DNA of 63,011 nucleotides, counting the filler. It is 6 parts of 6 records of this genome, joined end to end, with 100 filler letters (N's around TTAATTAATTAA, not from the genome) between each part and the next. Parts side by side here need not be neighbours in the genome. Positions count along the whole stretch, not along the records: positions 14,878 to 30,671 come from SRR20825006_641; 5 more parts are not named here. One strand, given 5' to 3'. A program made the position numbers and the translations under genes. Below the pieces are notes generated by a model. The model saw only the letters and a list, made by a program, of their open reading frames with translations, made no database searches and was not told where the DNA came from. Positions 18,084 to 26,799 of the stretch are shown one piece after another. Position 1 is the first letter of the stretch. Every line of letters starts with the position of its first letter.

Positions 18084-20795
18084 ATGTTCCATTTCAACAT
18101 CCTTGTTCTGGCCTGTCTGAGCTATGCCACATTCCTGTTCGTGGTGGCGTTTTGGGCGGAAAAGCGGGCAGAGGCCGGACGGCTGGGCTGGCTGCGCTCG
18201 CCTTGGGTCTACACGCTCTCACTCTCTATATACTGTACCGCATGGACGTTTTACGGCGCGGTCGGCTATGCCGCGCGCTCGGGCCTTGAGTATCTGACGA
18301 TCTATCTTGGACCGTCCTTGGTGATGATCGGCTGGTGGTGGATTTTACGCAAACTGGTGCGCATTGGCCGGACCCAGCGGATCACCTCGGTTGCCGATTT
18401 GATCTCTTCGCGCTACGGCAAATCGACCACTTTGGGGGTTTTGGTGACGCTTTTGGCGGTGATTGGCACCACGCCCTATATTGCGCTGCAATTGCAATCC
18501 GTGGCGCTGTCTTTCGCAGTCTTTGGCCTCAATGATCCCTCCGGCATGGTGGTGCCCGATCTGGACAAAACCGCGCTTTGGGTCGCCGCTGGATTGGCGT
18601 TGTTCACCATTCTCTTTGGCACGCGCAATCTCGATGCCAATGAGCGCCACCACGGGGTTGTGACCGCGATTGCCTTGGAGGCGGTGGTCAAATTCGTCGC
18701 GCTTGTGGGGGTCGGCATGTTCGTCGTCTGGGGCCTGTCCGATGGGATGGGCGATATGATGACACGCCTTGATGCCTCACCTGTCGCCCAGCATTCCATT
18801 CACGGCACGCGCTGGATCACACTGACGCTGTTGTCGGGCGCGGCGCTGATCACCCTGCCGCGGATGTTTCAGGTCATCGTGGTTGAGAACGTCGACGAAA
18901 ATCATTTGTTTACGGCAGGTTGGGCCTTTCCGCTCTACCTGTTTGGCATGTCATTGTTTGTCATCCCCATCGCCGTTGTCGGGCTGGATGTGTTGCCCAG
19001 TGGGTCAAACCCGGACATGTTCGTCCTGACTTTGCCGCTACATTATGATCAACGCGTCCTCGCGACCCTGTCGTTTTTGGGCGGGTTTTCTTCGGCCACG
19101 TCGATGGTCATCGTCGCCTCGATTGCGCTCTCCACCATGGTGTCCAACCACATCGTCATGCCGATCTGGCTGAGTTCGCGTACGGGCGGCGCCACCATGT
19201 CGGGCGATGTGCGCAGTGTCGTGCTGTCTGCCCGCCGCCTGTCGATTTTTGGCGTCTTGGCTCTGGGCTATCTCTATTTCCATTTTTCCGGCGGCTCAGA
19301 GGCCTTGGCCTCCATCGGCATGATTTCGTTTTCCGGCGTCGCACAGGTGCTACCGGCGCTGTTGGGCGGGATATTCTGGCGCGGAGCCACGCGGGTCGGG
19401 GCCATCGCCGGGGTTGTGCTGGGCTTTTGCATCTGGGCCTATTCGATGTTCTTGCCCTCCTTTGGCGCGGCGGCGGGATATACGCAGACATTTCTCGACA
19501 ATGGTCCCTTTGGCATCGCCCTGTTGCGGCCCCAGGCGTTGTTTGGCGTCGAAGGCGTCGATCCGGTGGTGCATGCCGTGGTCTGGTCCATCGCGCTCAA
19601 CACATTGGTGTTTATCTTGGGTTCTTTGATGTCCTTTCCGCGCCCCGTTGAACGGCTTCAGGGGGCGCAATTTGTCAGCGTGTTCGAACACACCGGATCG
19701 ACGCGCGGCTGGTCGCATGGTTTTGCCGAGGCCGAAGACCTTTTGGTCATGGCGCAGAGGATTTTGGGGCCAGCGGAGGCGCAAAACCTGTTTCAAGCCG
19801 AAGCGGAGGCGCAGGGCAAACAGGGCTATCTACCGGATGCCACATCGGAATTTATCGAACGTCTGGAACGTGAATTGGCGGGGTCGGTGGGGGCGGCGAC
19901 GGCCCATGCGATGTTGGGACAAATCGCCGGTGGCGTGTTGGTTTCGGTCGAGGATTTGATGGCCGTGGCCGATGAAACCGCACAGATGTTGGAATATTCG
20001 ACCCAGCTTGAGCATAAATCCGAAGAGCTTGCCCGCACCGCGCGGCAATTGCGCGAGGCCAATGCCAAACTGACCGCCTTGTCGATCCAAAAGGATGCGT
20101 TTCTGTCACAAATCTCGCATGAATTGCGCACGCCGATGACCTCGATCCGGGCCTTTTCCGAAATCCTGCGCGAGGCCGGGCAGACGGGTGAGATGGATGG
20201 CGAAAGCCTGACACGGTTCTCCGGCATCATCCATGACGAGGCCCAGCGGCTGACCCGGCTTTTGGACGATCTTTTGGACCTCTCGGTGTTGGAAAACGGC
20301 TCGGTGACGCTCAACTGGACCCGCACCAATTTGCATGACGTGATCGAACGCGCGGTTCAGGCCAGTTCCGGCGGGGCGGCGGGCGCGATCACCATTCGGC
20401 GGCAGGTCCTGTCCGAACATATCGCGATTGAAACCGACCCGGACCGGTTGGCGCAGGTGTTTATCAACCTGATCACCAATGCCCGCAAGTATTGCGATGC
20501 GCCGCAGCCGGAGTTGAAAATCTACGCCCGCAGGATCGGGGAGGACGCGATCCAAATAGATTTCATCGACAATGGTTCGGGCATTGCCAAGGACAAACAG
20601 GCGGTGATTTTTGAGAAATTTTCGCGCCTGACCGATCACGCAAAAGCGGGTGGAGCGGGGCTTGGATTGGCGATTTGCCGTGAAATCATGGTCAATCTGG
20701 GCGGCACGATTTCCTATCTGCCGGGGCAGGGCGGGGCGGCATTTCGGCTTGACCTGGCGCGCGTGCGGGCACGGTCAGGGCGACCCTCGGGGTGA
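18084..20795 (+). CDS. Sodium:solute symporter domain-fused sensor histidine kinase (CrbS/CbrA-like)
   Basis: YTLSLSIYCTAWTFYG, PYIALQL and LPRMF in the SSS domain. SHELRTPMTSI H-box, NLITNA, DNGSGI, GAGLGL. Confidence 0.92.
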   Translation: MFHFNILVLACLSYATFLFVVAFWAEKRAEAGRLGWLRSPWVYTLSLSIYCTAWTFYGAVGYAARSGLEYLTIYLGPSLVMIGWWWILRKLVRIGRTQRITSVADLISSRYGKSTTLGVLVTLLAVIGTTPYIALQLQSVALSFAVFGLNDPSGMVVPDLDKTALWVAAGLALFTILFGTRNLDANERHHGVVTAIALEAVVKFVALVGVGMFVVWGLSDGMGDMMTRLDASPVAQHSIHGTRWITLTLLSGAALITLPRMFQVIVVENVDENHLFTAGWAFPLYLFGMSLFVIPIAVVGLDVLPSGSNPDMFVLTLPLHYDQRVLATLSFLGGFSSATSMVIVASIALSTMVSNHIVMPIWLSSRTGGATMSGDVRSVVLSARRLSIFGVLALGYLYFHFSGGSEALASIGMISFSGVAQVLPALLGGIFWRGATRVGAIAGVVLGFCIWAYSMFLPSFGAAAGYTQTFLDNGPFGIALLRPQALFGVEGVDPVVHAVVWSIALNTLVFILGSLMSFPRPVERLQGAQFVSVFEHTGSTRGWSHGFAEAEDLLVMAQRILGPAEAQNLFQAEAEAQGKQGYLPDATSEFIERLERELAGSVGAATAHAMLGQIAGGVLVSVEDLMAVADETAQMLEYSTQLEHKSEELARTARQLREANAKLTALSIQKDAFLSQISHELRTPMTSIRAFSEILREAGQTGEMDGESLTRFSGIIHDEAQRLTRLLDDLLDLSVLENGSVTLNWTRTNLHDVIERAVQASSGGAAGAITIRRQVLSEHIAIETDPDRLAQVFINLITNARKYCDAPQPELKIYARRIGEDAIQIDFIDNGSGIAKDKQAVIFEKFSRLTDHAKAGGAGLGLAICREIMVNLGGTISYLPGQGGAAFRLDLARVRARSGRPSG

Positions 20796-20917
20796 AATCT
20801 GCCCTCCGCGGGGTGAAAACGCGATTTGGGGTGAAAAGATTAACGGAATAAACCCTTTGTTTACCGTGCCCATGCACAACTGATGCCGATTGAAACCGGG
20901 ACATTTGATGCACCACC

Positions 20918-22048
20918 ATGTCTGACGCAGACATCATTTCCGCGATGCGCCGCAAAGCGGGCGTTGGCCGCCCGCCGCCGGACGTTCAACCGATGTCGCC
21001 CGCAAAGGCGCTGCGCCTTGCTGCGGCGAAGGCGGCGGAGGATTCGATCGGTCTGGTGATGCAGGTGACACATGTGGCCGAGGAGCGCAGTTCGATTTTG
21101 CGCCTGCCGGAGCAATTGCCCGACGATGCGCTTTTGTCGCTTCTGGAGGGGCCGGACAACGCCTATGGTTTGGCGGTGTTTGATCGCAACGTGGTTTCCG
21201 CCGTGGTCGAACAACAAACCACAGGCAAGGTGTTGAAACTGCCGCCCGAAGAGCGCGCCCCCACCGCAACGGATGCGGTGATGTGTACGGAAATCACCGA
21301 TCATATTCTGTCTCTGTTCGAAACCAACGTGGCCGAGGTCGCTGACCCGCCCCATGTCGAGGGCTTTCGTGTCGCCGCGCAATTGCGCGAGGCGCGGTCC
21401 ATTTCGATTGCTTTCGAGGATGTGCCGTACCGGGTGTACCGCCTGTCCGTGTCGCTTGGGCGCGGTGTGCGCGAGGGCGAAATCCTGTTGGTTTTTCCCT
21501 ATGCCCGCGCCATGCCCAAACCCGTCCCCGGCGCGCCCAACAATTTTGGCCGTGATTTTCAGGCGGTTGTCATGACATCGGAGGCCCGGCTTGACACGGT
21601 TTTGCACCGCATTCGCCTGCCCTTGGCCGATGTGATGTCGCTTGAGGTGGGGATGGTCTTGTCGATCCCGCGCTCTGCCGTGTCCAAGGTGGAATTGCGT
21701 GCCGATGATCGCCTCGTCAGCCGGGCGCAATTGGGCCAGATCAATGGCAAACGTGCCGTGCGCCTGATCTTTATGACCGGGGATGACGATCCTTTGGATG
21801 CCTCTTATGGACCGGACGAGGGCGGGTTTGGCGATATGGGAGCGCTCTCGGGGAGCTCTGCGGTTCCGGCACTCTCAAATGGGATGGGTGATGTGTCCCC
21901 GATGGGGGATTTTCCCGCCATGGGAGATATGGGCGATCTGCCTCCCCTTGGGGCGTTTCCTGCCTTGGGAGATATGGGAGGAGATATGGGTGATCTGCCC
22001 GATTTGGGGCATTTCCCGGCGATGGGAGATCTCCCATCGCTTGAATAG
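20918..22048 (+). CDS. FliM/FliN (SpoA) C-terminal-domain protein with Met/Gly/Asp repeat tail
   Basis: LDTVLHRIRLPLADVMSLEVGMVL...AQLGQINGKRAVRL SpoA-like domain. Confidence 0.75.
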   Translation: MSDADIISAMRRKAGVGRPPPDVQPMSPAKALRLAAAKAAEDSIGLVMQVTHVAEERSSILRLPEQLPDDALLSLLEGPDNAYGLAVFDRNVVSAVVEQQTTGKVLKLPPEERAPTATDAVMCTEITDHILSLFETNVAEVADPPHVEGFRVAAQLREARSISIAFEDVPYRVYRLSVSLGRGVREGEILLVFPYARAMPKPVPGAPNNFGRDFQAVVMTSEARLDTVLHRIRLPLADVMSLEVGMVLSIPRSAVSKVELRADDRLVSRAQLGQINGKRAVRLIFMTGDDDPLDASYGPDEGGFGDMGALSGSSAVPALSNGMGDVSPMGDFPAMGDMGDLPPLGAFPALGDMGGDMGDLPDLGHFPAMGDLPSLE

Positions 22049-22081
22049 GGCATAGCCAAAGCGTCACGCTTTAATATTCTG

Positions 22082-22095
22082 TTGATGTACATCAA
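22082..22095. promoter_or_regulatory. FNR/FnrL box
   Basis: TTGAT-GTAC-ATCAA, perfect consensus, centred about 57 bp upstream of the ATG at 22146. Confidence 0.8.
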
Positions 22096-22145
22096 TGCAT
22101 GTGATGCGGTTTGAGCGGATGCTGTTTTTCCAAGGAGGAATGTTC

Positions 22146-22481
22146 ATGCTAGACCTTGTTCAAAGACAAACACAATTGCAGCAACGCAAAGCGGAATTGA
22201 CGCTGAGACTGCGCAACATCGAAACCGAACTGGACGCGCATCAGTCAAAAGACTGGTCCGAACTGGCCACCGAACGCGAGAGCGATGAGGTGCTTGAGGG
22301 CATGGGGGTGGCGGGAAAACTCGAACTGGCGATGATAGAAGCGGCACTTCAGCGCATTTCTGCCGGGGAATACGGATTTTGCGCCGCCTGCGGCGAAGAA
22401 ATCAGCGCAAAACGTTTGGATGTGCTACCCTATACACCAGTGTGTAAAGACTGCGCCGCACGCAACGCCGAACACAAGTAA
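22146..22481 (+). CDS. TraR/DksA C4-zinc-finger protein
   Basis: AGGAGG RBS, ALQRISAGEYGFCAACGEEISAKRLDVLPYTPVCKDCA. Confidence 0.92.
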   Translation: MLDLVQRQTQLQQRKAELTLRLRNIETELDAHQSKDWSELATERESDEVLEGMGVAGKLELAMIEAALQRISAGEYGFCAACGEEISAKRLDVLPYTPVCKDCAARNAEHK

Positions 22482-22570
22482 TCCGCCGCATCGCGCGTGC
22501 CTGAGGAGGGCGCGAGGTGTGAATTTTAGCAAACACGCCTACAAGCACGCCGATATGAGGAGGACAGCCT

Positions 22571-22762
22571 ATGCCCAATTCACCAAAATATGACACCGAA
22601 ATTGATCGTATCGTGGACGATCTGGTCAAAGACGAAGACACCGCAGCCGTGTTGAAAGACAAGTTGCATAAATCCTTTTCCGAGCCTGCCGCGACAGTCT
22701 ACGCGCGCACGGAGGTGAGTGCTGAGGACGATGACGATATATGGGACAATTTGCCGGTCTAA
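22571..22762 (+). CDS. Small acidic hypothetical protein
   Basis: Strong GAGGAGG RBS. Ends EDDDDIWDNLPV. Confidence 0.75.
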   Translation: MPNSPKYDTEIDRIVDDLVKDEDTAAVLKDKLHKSFSEPAATVYARTEVSAEDDDDIWDNLPV

Positions 22763-22799
22763 GAGATCGGGGTTCGCCCTGTCGAGAAAGGACACGCCG

Positions 22800-23024
22800 A
22801 TGGCATTCGAAGCCCTCAAAGCCCAAGCCTATATGATTTTGAACGAAATTTCGGCCCAGCCTGAGGATCGTCATGTGCTGCAGGAGCGGTTGCGTGAAAC
22901 GCTTTCGGAACTGTCGGCGCTTGGCCTGCCTTTGCCCGACGATTTGGTGCGGTTGGAGGCCGAGCTGGAGGACAGCTCTGCCGACGATTTTTATCCCACG
23001 CGTGACGAAACCGCAGACATCTAA
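22800..23024 (+). CDS. Small hypothetical protein
   Basis: AAGGA RBS before ATG 22800. MAFEALKAQ...QPEDRHVLQERLRE...GLPLPDDLVRLEAELE. Confidence 0.75.
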   Translation: MAFEALKAQAYMILNEISAQPEDRHVLQERLRETLSELSALGLPLPDDLVRLEAELEDSSADDFYPTRDETADI

Positions 23025-23149
23025 AGCCTGTGCGCAGGCCGGCGCGCGCAGGAACAGCCTCCACCGTGACCCGCGTCATGCCCCGCAAGAGCCCGAAACA
23101 AAAGGGTTCTTGCTTTCTCACCCCGCTCTCCGCCATTATGATCCCAAAC

Positions 23150-23169
23150 TGTGGATAAGCTGTGGATAA
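23150..23169. promoter_or_regulatory. Two tandem perfect DnaA boxes
   Basis: TGTGGATAA at 23150-23158 and 23161-23169 (reverse complement of TTATCCACA). Confidence 0.65.
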
Positions 23170-23262
23170 ATGATCCGCAGGGGTTAAACAGGGGCTTTTG
23201 TCGCCGTTTCTTTCGCAGGACTTGGCGGCTTTGGGCGTTCGATGTGAGGCGTAAGGGGGCGT

Positions 23263-25350
23263 GTGATGCGAGTGGGGCAAAATGTGACAGCGGCACAGGG
23301 CGAAACCCCTGAGCAAGATTTGGTACAGTCCAGTCGCGAAGGCGCGCTGGCCGTGCTGCGCCTGTCGCGCCCGCCGGTCAACACCCTCACCGATGCATTG
23401 CGCCTGGCGCTGTTCAAAGCCATCGAGGACGCGGACAATGACTCCGATGTGCGCGCCATTGTTGTGGCGGGCGAAGGCGCGTCTTTTTCTACCGGCTATG
23501 CCCCTGACGCTCTGTCGCTCACCGAGGCTGCGCCGACGTTAAACACACTGTGTGACCGGATCGAGGCCTGTGGCAAACCGGTGGTGGCCGCCCTTCATGG
23601 CGCGACGCTTGAGGCCGGATTGGCCTTGGCTTTGGCGGCGCATTACCGGGTGATGGGACGGGCGGCGCGATTGGGCGCACCCGAGGTGTCCTTTGGCCTT
23701 GTCCCTGGCGGCGGGGTGACCCAGCGTTTGCCCCGATTGATCGGCGCGGATGCAGCGCTTGCGCTGCTGCTGTCGGGCCGCCCGATAGATGGTGCCCAAG
23801 CGCAAAAACTCGGCCTCATCGATCAATTGGTGCAAAAAAAGGTTGGTGATGAAGCTTTGGCCTTTGCCCGCCACTTGATTGAGAGCAAAAAGGGGCCACG
23901 TCCCAGCCGCGATACCACCCGTGGTCTGGCCGATGGCGCGCGCTACATGTCGGAGGTCGCGGCGCGACGGATGGAAATTCGCGGGGCACGCATTGAGGCG
24001 CCAAAACATATCATCGACTGCGTCGAGGCGGCATTGATGATGCCCTTTGACGCGGGTGTCTGGCGCGAACAGGCGGCGCGCGAGGACTGTTTTGCCTCGG
24101 CGCAATCCAAGGCCCTCCGACACGCTTATGCGGCCGAAAGACAGGCGGCGCGACTGACCGGGGTGGACGGCGTTGAGCCTGCCGAGGTCATCACCCTTGG
24201 GATTGTCGGCACCGGCACATTGGCGCTTGGGATTGCCGTTGCGGCGCTGGATCATGGGTTTCATGTTCGTCTTTTGGGCAATGGTGCCGATCAATTGGTT
24301 GTTGTTCAAAACCGGATTGAAGCCGCCTACACCCGCGCCGCGCAACAGGGCCAGATCAGCCCCGATCTGCGCGATGCCAGAGTGGCCGCCTTCACCACCA
24401 GCGCCCGCGTCGATAGCCTTGCCGCCGCCGATCTGGTGATCGAAGCGACCCAAGGCAATGCGGCGGCGCGCGGGAGTCTTTTGGCACGGGTCGAAGAATT
24501 TTTACCCGAAGAGGTGGTTTTGGCCACGGTCGCGGATCGCGGGTTTGACGAGATGGCCCGTGATTTGGCCCATCCCGAACGGTTTTTGGGTCTGCATTTC
24601 TTTGCCCCGGCCCAGATGATCCGCGTGGTCGAATTGGCCCATTCCGATGATGTGTCTCCCAAGGCTTTGGTGACGGCCCATGCGTTTTTGTGCCGCCTCG
24701 GCAAAATCCCGGTGACGGTGTCGGCCACGGATGGTTTGATTGCCAATGTGGTGCAAGAGGCCGGATGGGCCGCCGTCGATGTGCTGTTGCTGATGGGCGC
24801 GCGTCCGGCACAGATTGATCAGGCAATGCGGGAGTACGGTTTTCCCGCCGGGCCCTGCGAGGCCATGGACGCGCTTGGACTGGGCTACATGACCGGGGCT
24901 GTAGCACAATATTTGGCCGGAAAAGGGCGCGCAAGCAAAGCCAAGGGAGCCGGGTTTTACGATTATGTTGACGGGGCAGGGCCGGATGACAGCGCGGCAG
25001 AGGCGCTTTTGGCCGAACTGAGAGCGGACGGCGGCATCGCGGCCTTGGCCTTGAGCGACACGGATATTGTCGAGCGGCTCATTTTGGCCGAAGCCAATGC
25101 CGGTGCGCGGCTGTTGGAGCGCGGCGTGGTGTCCCGCCCGCTGGACATTGACGTGGTGATGATGATCGCGAAAGGCTATCCGCGCTGGCGCGGCGGGCCG
25201 ATGGAATCGGCAGATGCGATGGGCATCGTGGCGGCGGAAAAACGGCTTTTGGCCTTTGCCAAGGCGGCGCCTGACATTTGGGAGCCTGCGACACTCTGGC
25301 GCGCATTGTTTAAAAATGGCGCTTGTTTCGAAAAATTAAACCGAATCTGA
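23263..25350 (+). CDS. Enoyl-CoA hydratase/3-hydroxyacyl-CoA dehydrogenase fusion (FadJ/FadB-like, degenerate motifs)
   Basis: RPPVN, KPVVAALHG, PEVSFGLVPGGGVTQRLPRLIG, DLVIEA, LGLHFFAPA, GYPRWRGGPM. Confidence 0.88.
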   Translation: MMRVGQNVTAAQGETPEQDLVQSSREGALAVLRLSRPPVNTLTDALRLALFKAIEDADNDSDVRAIVVAGEGASFSTGYAPDALSLTEAAPTLNTLCDRIEACGKPVVAALHGATLEAGLALALAAHYRVMGRAARLGAPEVSFGLVPGGGVTQRLPRLIGADAALALLLSGRPIDGAQAQKLGLIDQLVQKKVGDEALAFARHLIESKKGPRPSRDTTRGLADGARYMSEVAARRMEIRGARIEAPKHIIDCVEAALMMPFDAGVWREQAAREDCFASAQSKALRHAYAAERQAARLTGVDGVEPAEVITLGIVGTGTLALGIAVAALDHGFHVRLLGNGADQLVVVQNRIEAAYTRAAQQGQISPDLRDARVAAFTTSARVDSLAAADLVIEATQGNAAARGSLLARVEEFLPEEVVLATVADRGFDEMARDLAHPERFLGLHFFAPAQMIRVVELAHSDDVSPKALVTAHAFLCRLGKIPVTVSATDGLIANVVQEAGWAAVDVLLLMGARPAQIDQAMREYGFPAGPCEAMDALGLGYMTGAVAQYLAGKGRASKAKGAGFYDYVDGAGPDDSAAEALLAELRADGGIAALALSDTDIVERLILAEANAGARLLERGVVSRPLDIDVVMMIAKGYPRWRGGPMESADAMGIVAAEKRLLAFAKAAPDIWEPATLWRALFKNGACFEKLNRI

Positions 25351-25452
25351 GACTTGAACGTCTATTTTCTGGGGAATTTTATGGTTTTTTGGGCCGCTGT
25401 GATCGTGTTTGCGACGATCTGCGCGAGGTCAATATCGGGCCGAAAATCGCAC

Positions 25453-25466
25453 TTGATGCAGATCAA
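25453..25466. promoter_or_regulatory. FNR/FnrL box
   Basis: TTGAT-GCAG-ATCAA, perfect consensus. Confidence 0.8.
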
Positions 25467-25500
25467 AGTTTTCGCGATCCCGCTGTCCTATCACATTTTT

Positions 25501-25663
25501 GAGCGCAGAGGTTCACGTCCGCAGTCAGACAGTTGGGCCTCTGCATTCCTCCCGCGGACTCTCCTTCCGATCGTCCGCGCTGTATCCTGCCTTTTGTGCG
25601 TGGGCAGAATACTTTACTGGCGTCGCAGGGATGCGTTTCTCCTGCGACGCCTCTTTTTCTTTC
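25501..25663 (+). ncRNA. Candidate FNR-activated sRNA with four hairpins and C/U-rich anti-SD motifs
   Basis: Placed at class II spacing from the FNR box. Four consecutive stems, the last an 11-bp GC stem followed by a U-rich run. No credible ORF. Confidence 0.6.
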
Positions 25664-25803
25664 AAGCCGCTCGGATCAGCGCGCCGCTAGGCATTTGGCA
25701 ACACCCGTCTGGACACTGGCCCTGACGGCGTTAGAGTCGTCTCTGTGATCCCCGTTTTTACCGCCGCGTTTTTTACCACCGCGCTGAGGAGCCAGGTTTG
25801 AGC

Positions 25804-26799
25804 ATGCCCTTTGATCCCGCCGTCGCCGCAGATCCCGCCTTTGACGCGGTCGGTGAGTGGGCGCTTTCGTGGCACCGGGGCGGGGTTGGCGCAGTTTTGG
25901 TCACGGTGATTGACACCTGGGGCAGTGCGCCGCGTCCGGTTGGCAGTCAACTTGTCGTCTCGGGCAAAGGTGAGATCATCGGCTCGGTGTCGGGCGGTTG
26001 TGTCGAAGGGGCGGTGGTGACCGAGGCCTTGGAGTTGCTCGAAGCGCCCGCTTTTAAAATCCTTGAGTTTGGCGTCAGTGACGATACGGCCTTTGCCGTT
26101 GGATTGGCCTGTGGTGGGACGATCCGGGTGTTGCTTGAACCCGTAGGCGCGGTGTTCCCCGTGGAGATTTTGGCTGAGGTGGTCACAGCACGCGCGGCAC
26201 GCAGGCCCATTGGCGTTGTCACCGATCTGGTGCACGGCACACATGATCTTGTTGGCCCTTCGGCCTTCCCCGACCGCTTCGCGGCCGACCGATCGGGCAT
26301 CGAGGCGGACGGGCAGCGGTTTGTGTCGGTCCACATGCCGCCGGCGCGTTTGGTCGTGATTGGCGCAGTGCATATCGCACAGGCGTTTTTGCCGATGGCA
26401 CGGCTGGCGGGGTTTAACGTGACATTGATTGACCCGCGCGGCGCCTTTGCCAGCGACACCCGCTTTCCGGGCGAAATCATCGGGGACGATTGGCCGGACG
26501 CCGCGCTTTTGGCGCATGGGCTGGATGGGCGCACCGGGGTGATCACGCTCACCCATGATGCCAAACTCGATGATCCGGCGCTGATCACCGCTCTGCGCTC
26601 GGACGCGTTTTATATCGGCGCTTTGGGATCGACCCGGACCCATGCCAAACGCGTGGCGCGGTTGCAGGAAGCGGGGCTGAGTTCCGATCAGATCGCCCGT
26701 CTGCATGCCCCTGTCGGCCTTGATATCCGCGCCCAAAGCCCGGCCGAAATCGCCGTCTCGATCCTCGCGCAGGTGATCCAGGTGATGAGGCGGCCATGA
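25804..26799 (+). CDS. xdhC: XdhC/CoxI-family molybdoenzyme maturation factor
   Basis: TWGSAPRPVGS, GSVSGGCVEG, VGLACGG, IGAVHIAQ, LTHDAKLDD, YIGALGS, LHAPVGLDI. Confidence 0.93.
   Translation: MPFDPAVAADPAFDAVGEWALSWHRGGVGAVLVTVIDTWGSAPRPVGSQLVVSGKGEIIGSVSGGCVEGAVVTEALELLEAPAFKILEFGVSDDTAFAVGLACGGTIRVLLEPVGAVFPVEILAEVVTARAARRPIGVVTDLVHGTHDLVGPSAFPDRFAADRSGIEADGQRFVSVHMPPARLVVIGAVHIAQAFLPMARLAGFNVTLIDPRGAFASDTRFPGEIIGDDWPDAALLAHGLDGRTGVITLTHDAKLDDPALITALRSDAFYIGALGSTRTHAKRVARLQEAGLSSDQIARLHAPVGLDIRAQSPAEIAVSILAQVIQVMRRP

Noticed and set aside
23100-23260. Chromosomal replication origin
   Set aside because: Only two DnaA boxes, no clear unwinding element and no origin-linked genes. Kept only as a DnaA-site finding.
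25354-25748. ORFs 25354-25725, 25499-25690 and 25533-25748
   Set aside because: No RBS or family motif, and they run through an FNR box and a strong terminator. The region is better explained as promoter plus sRNA.
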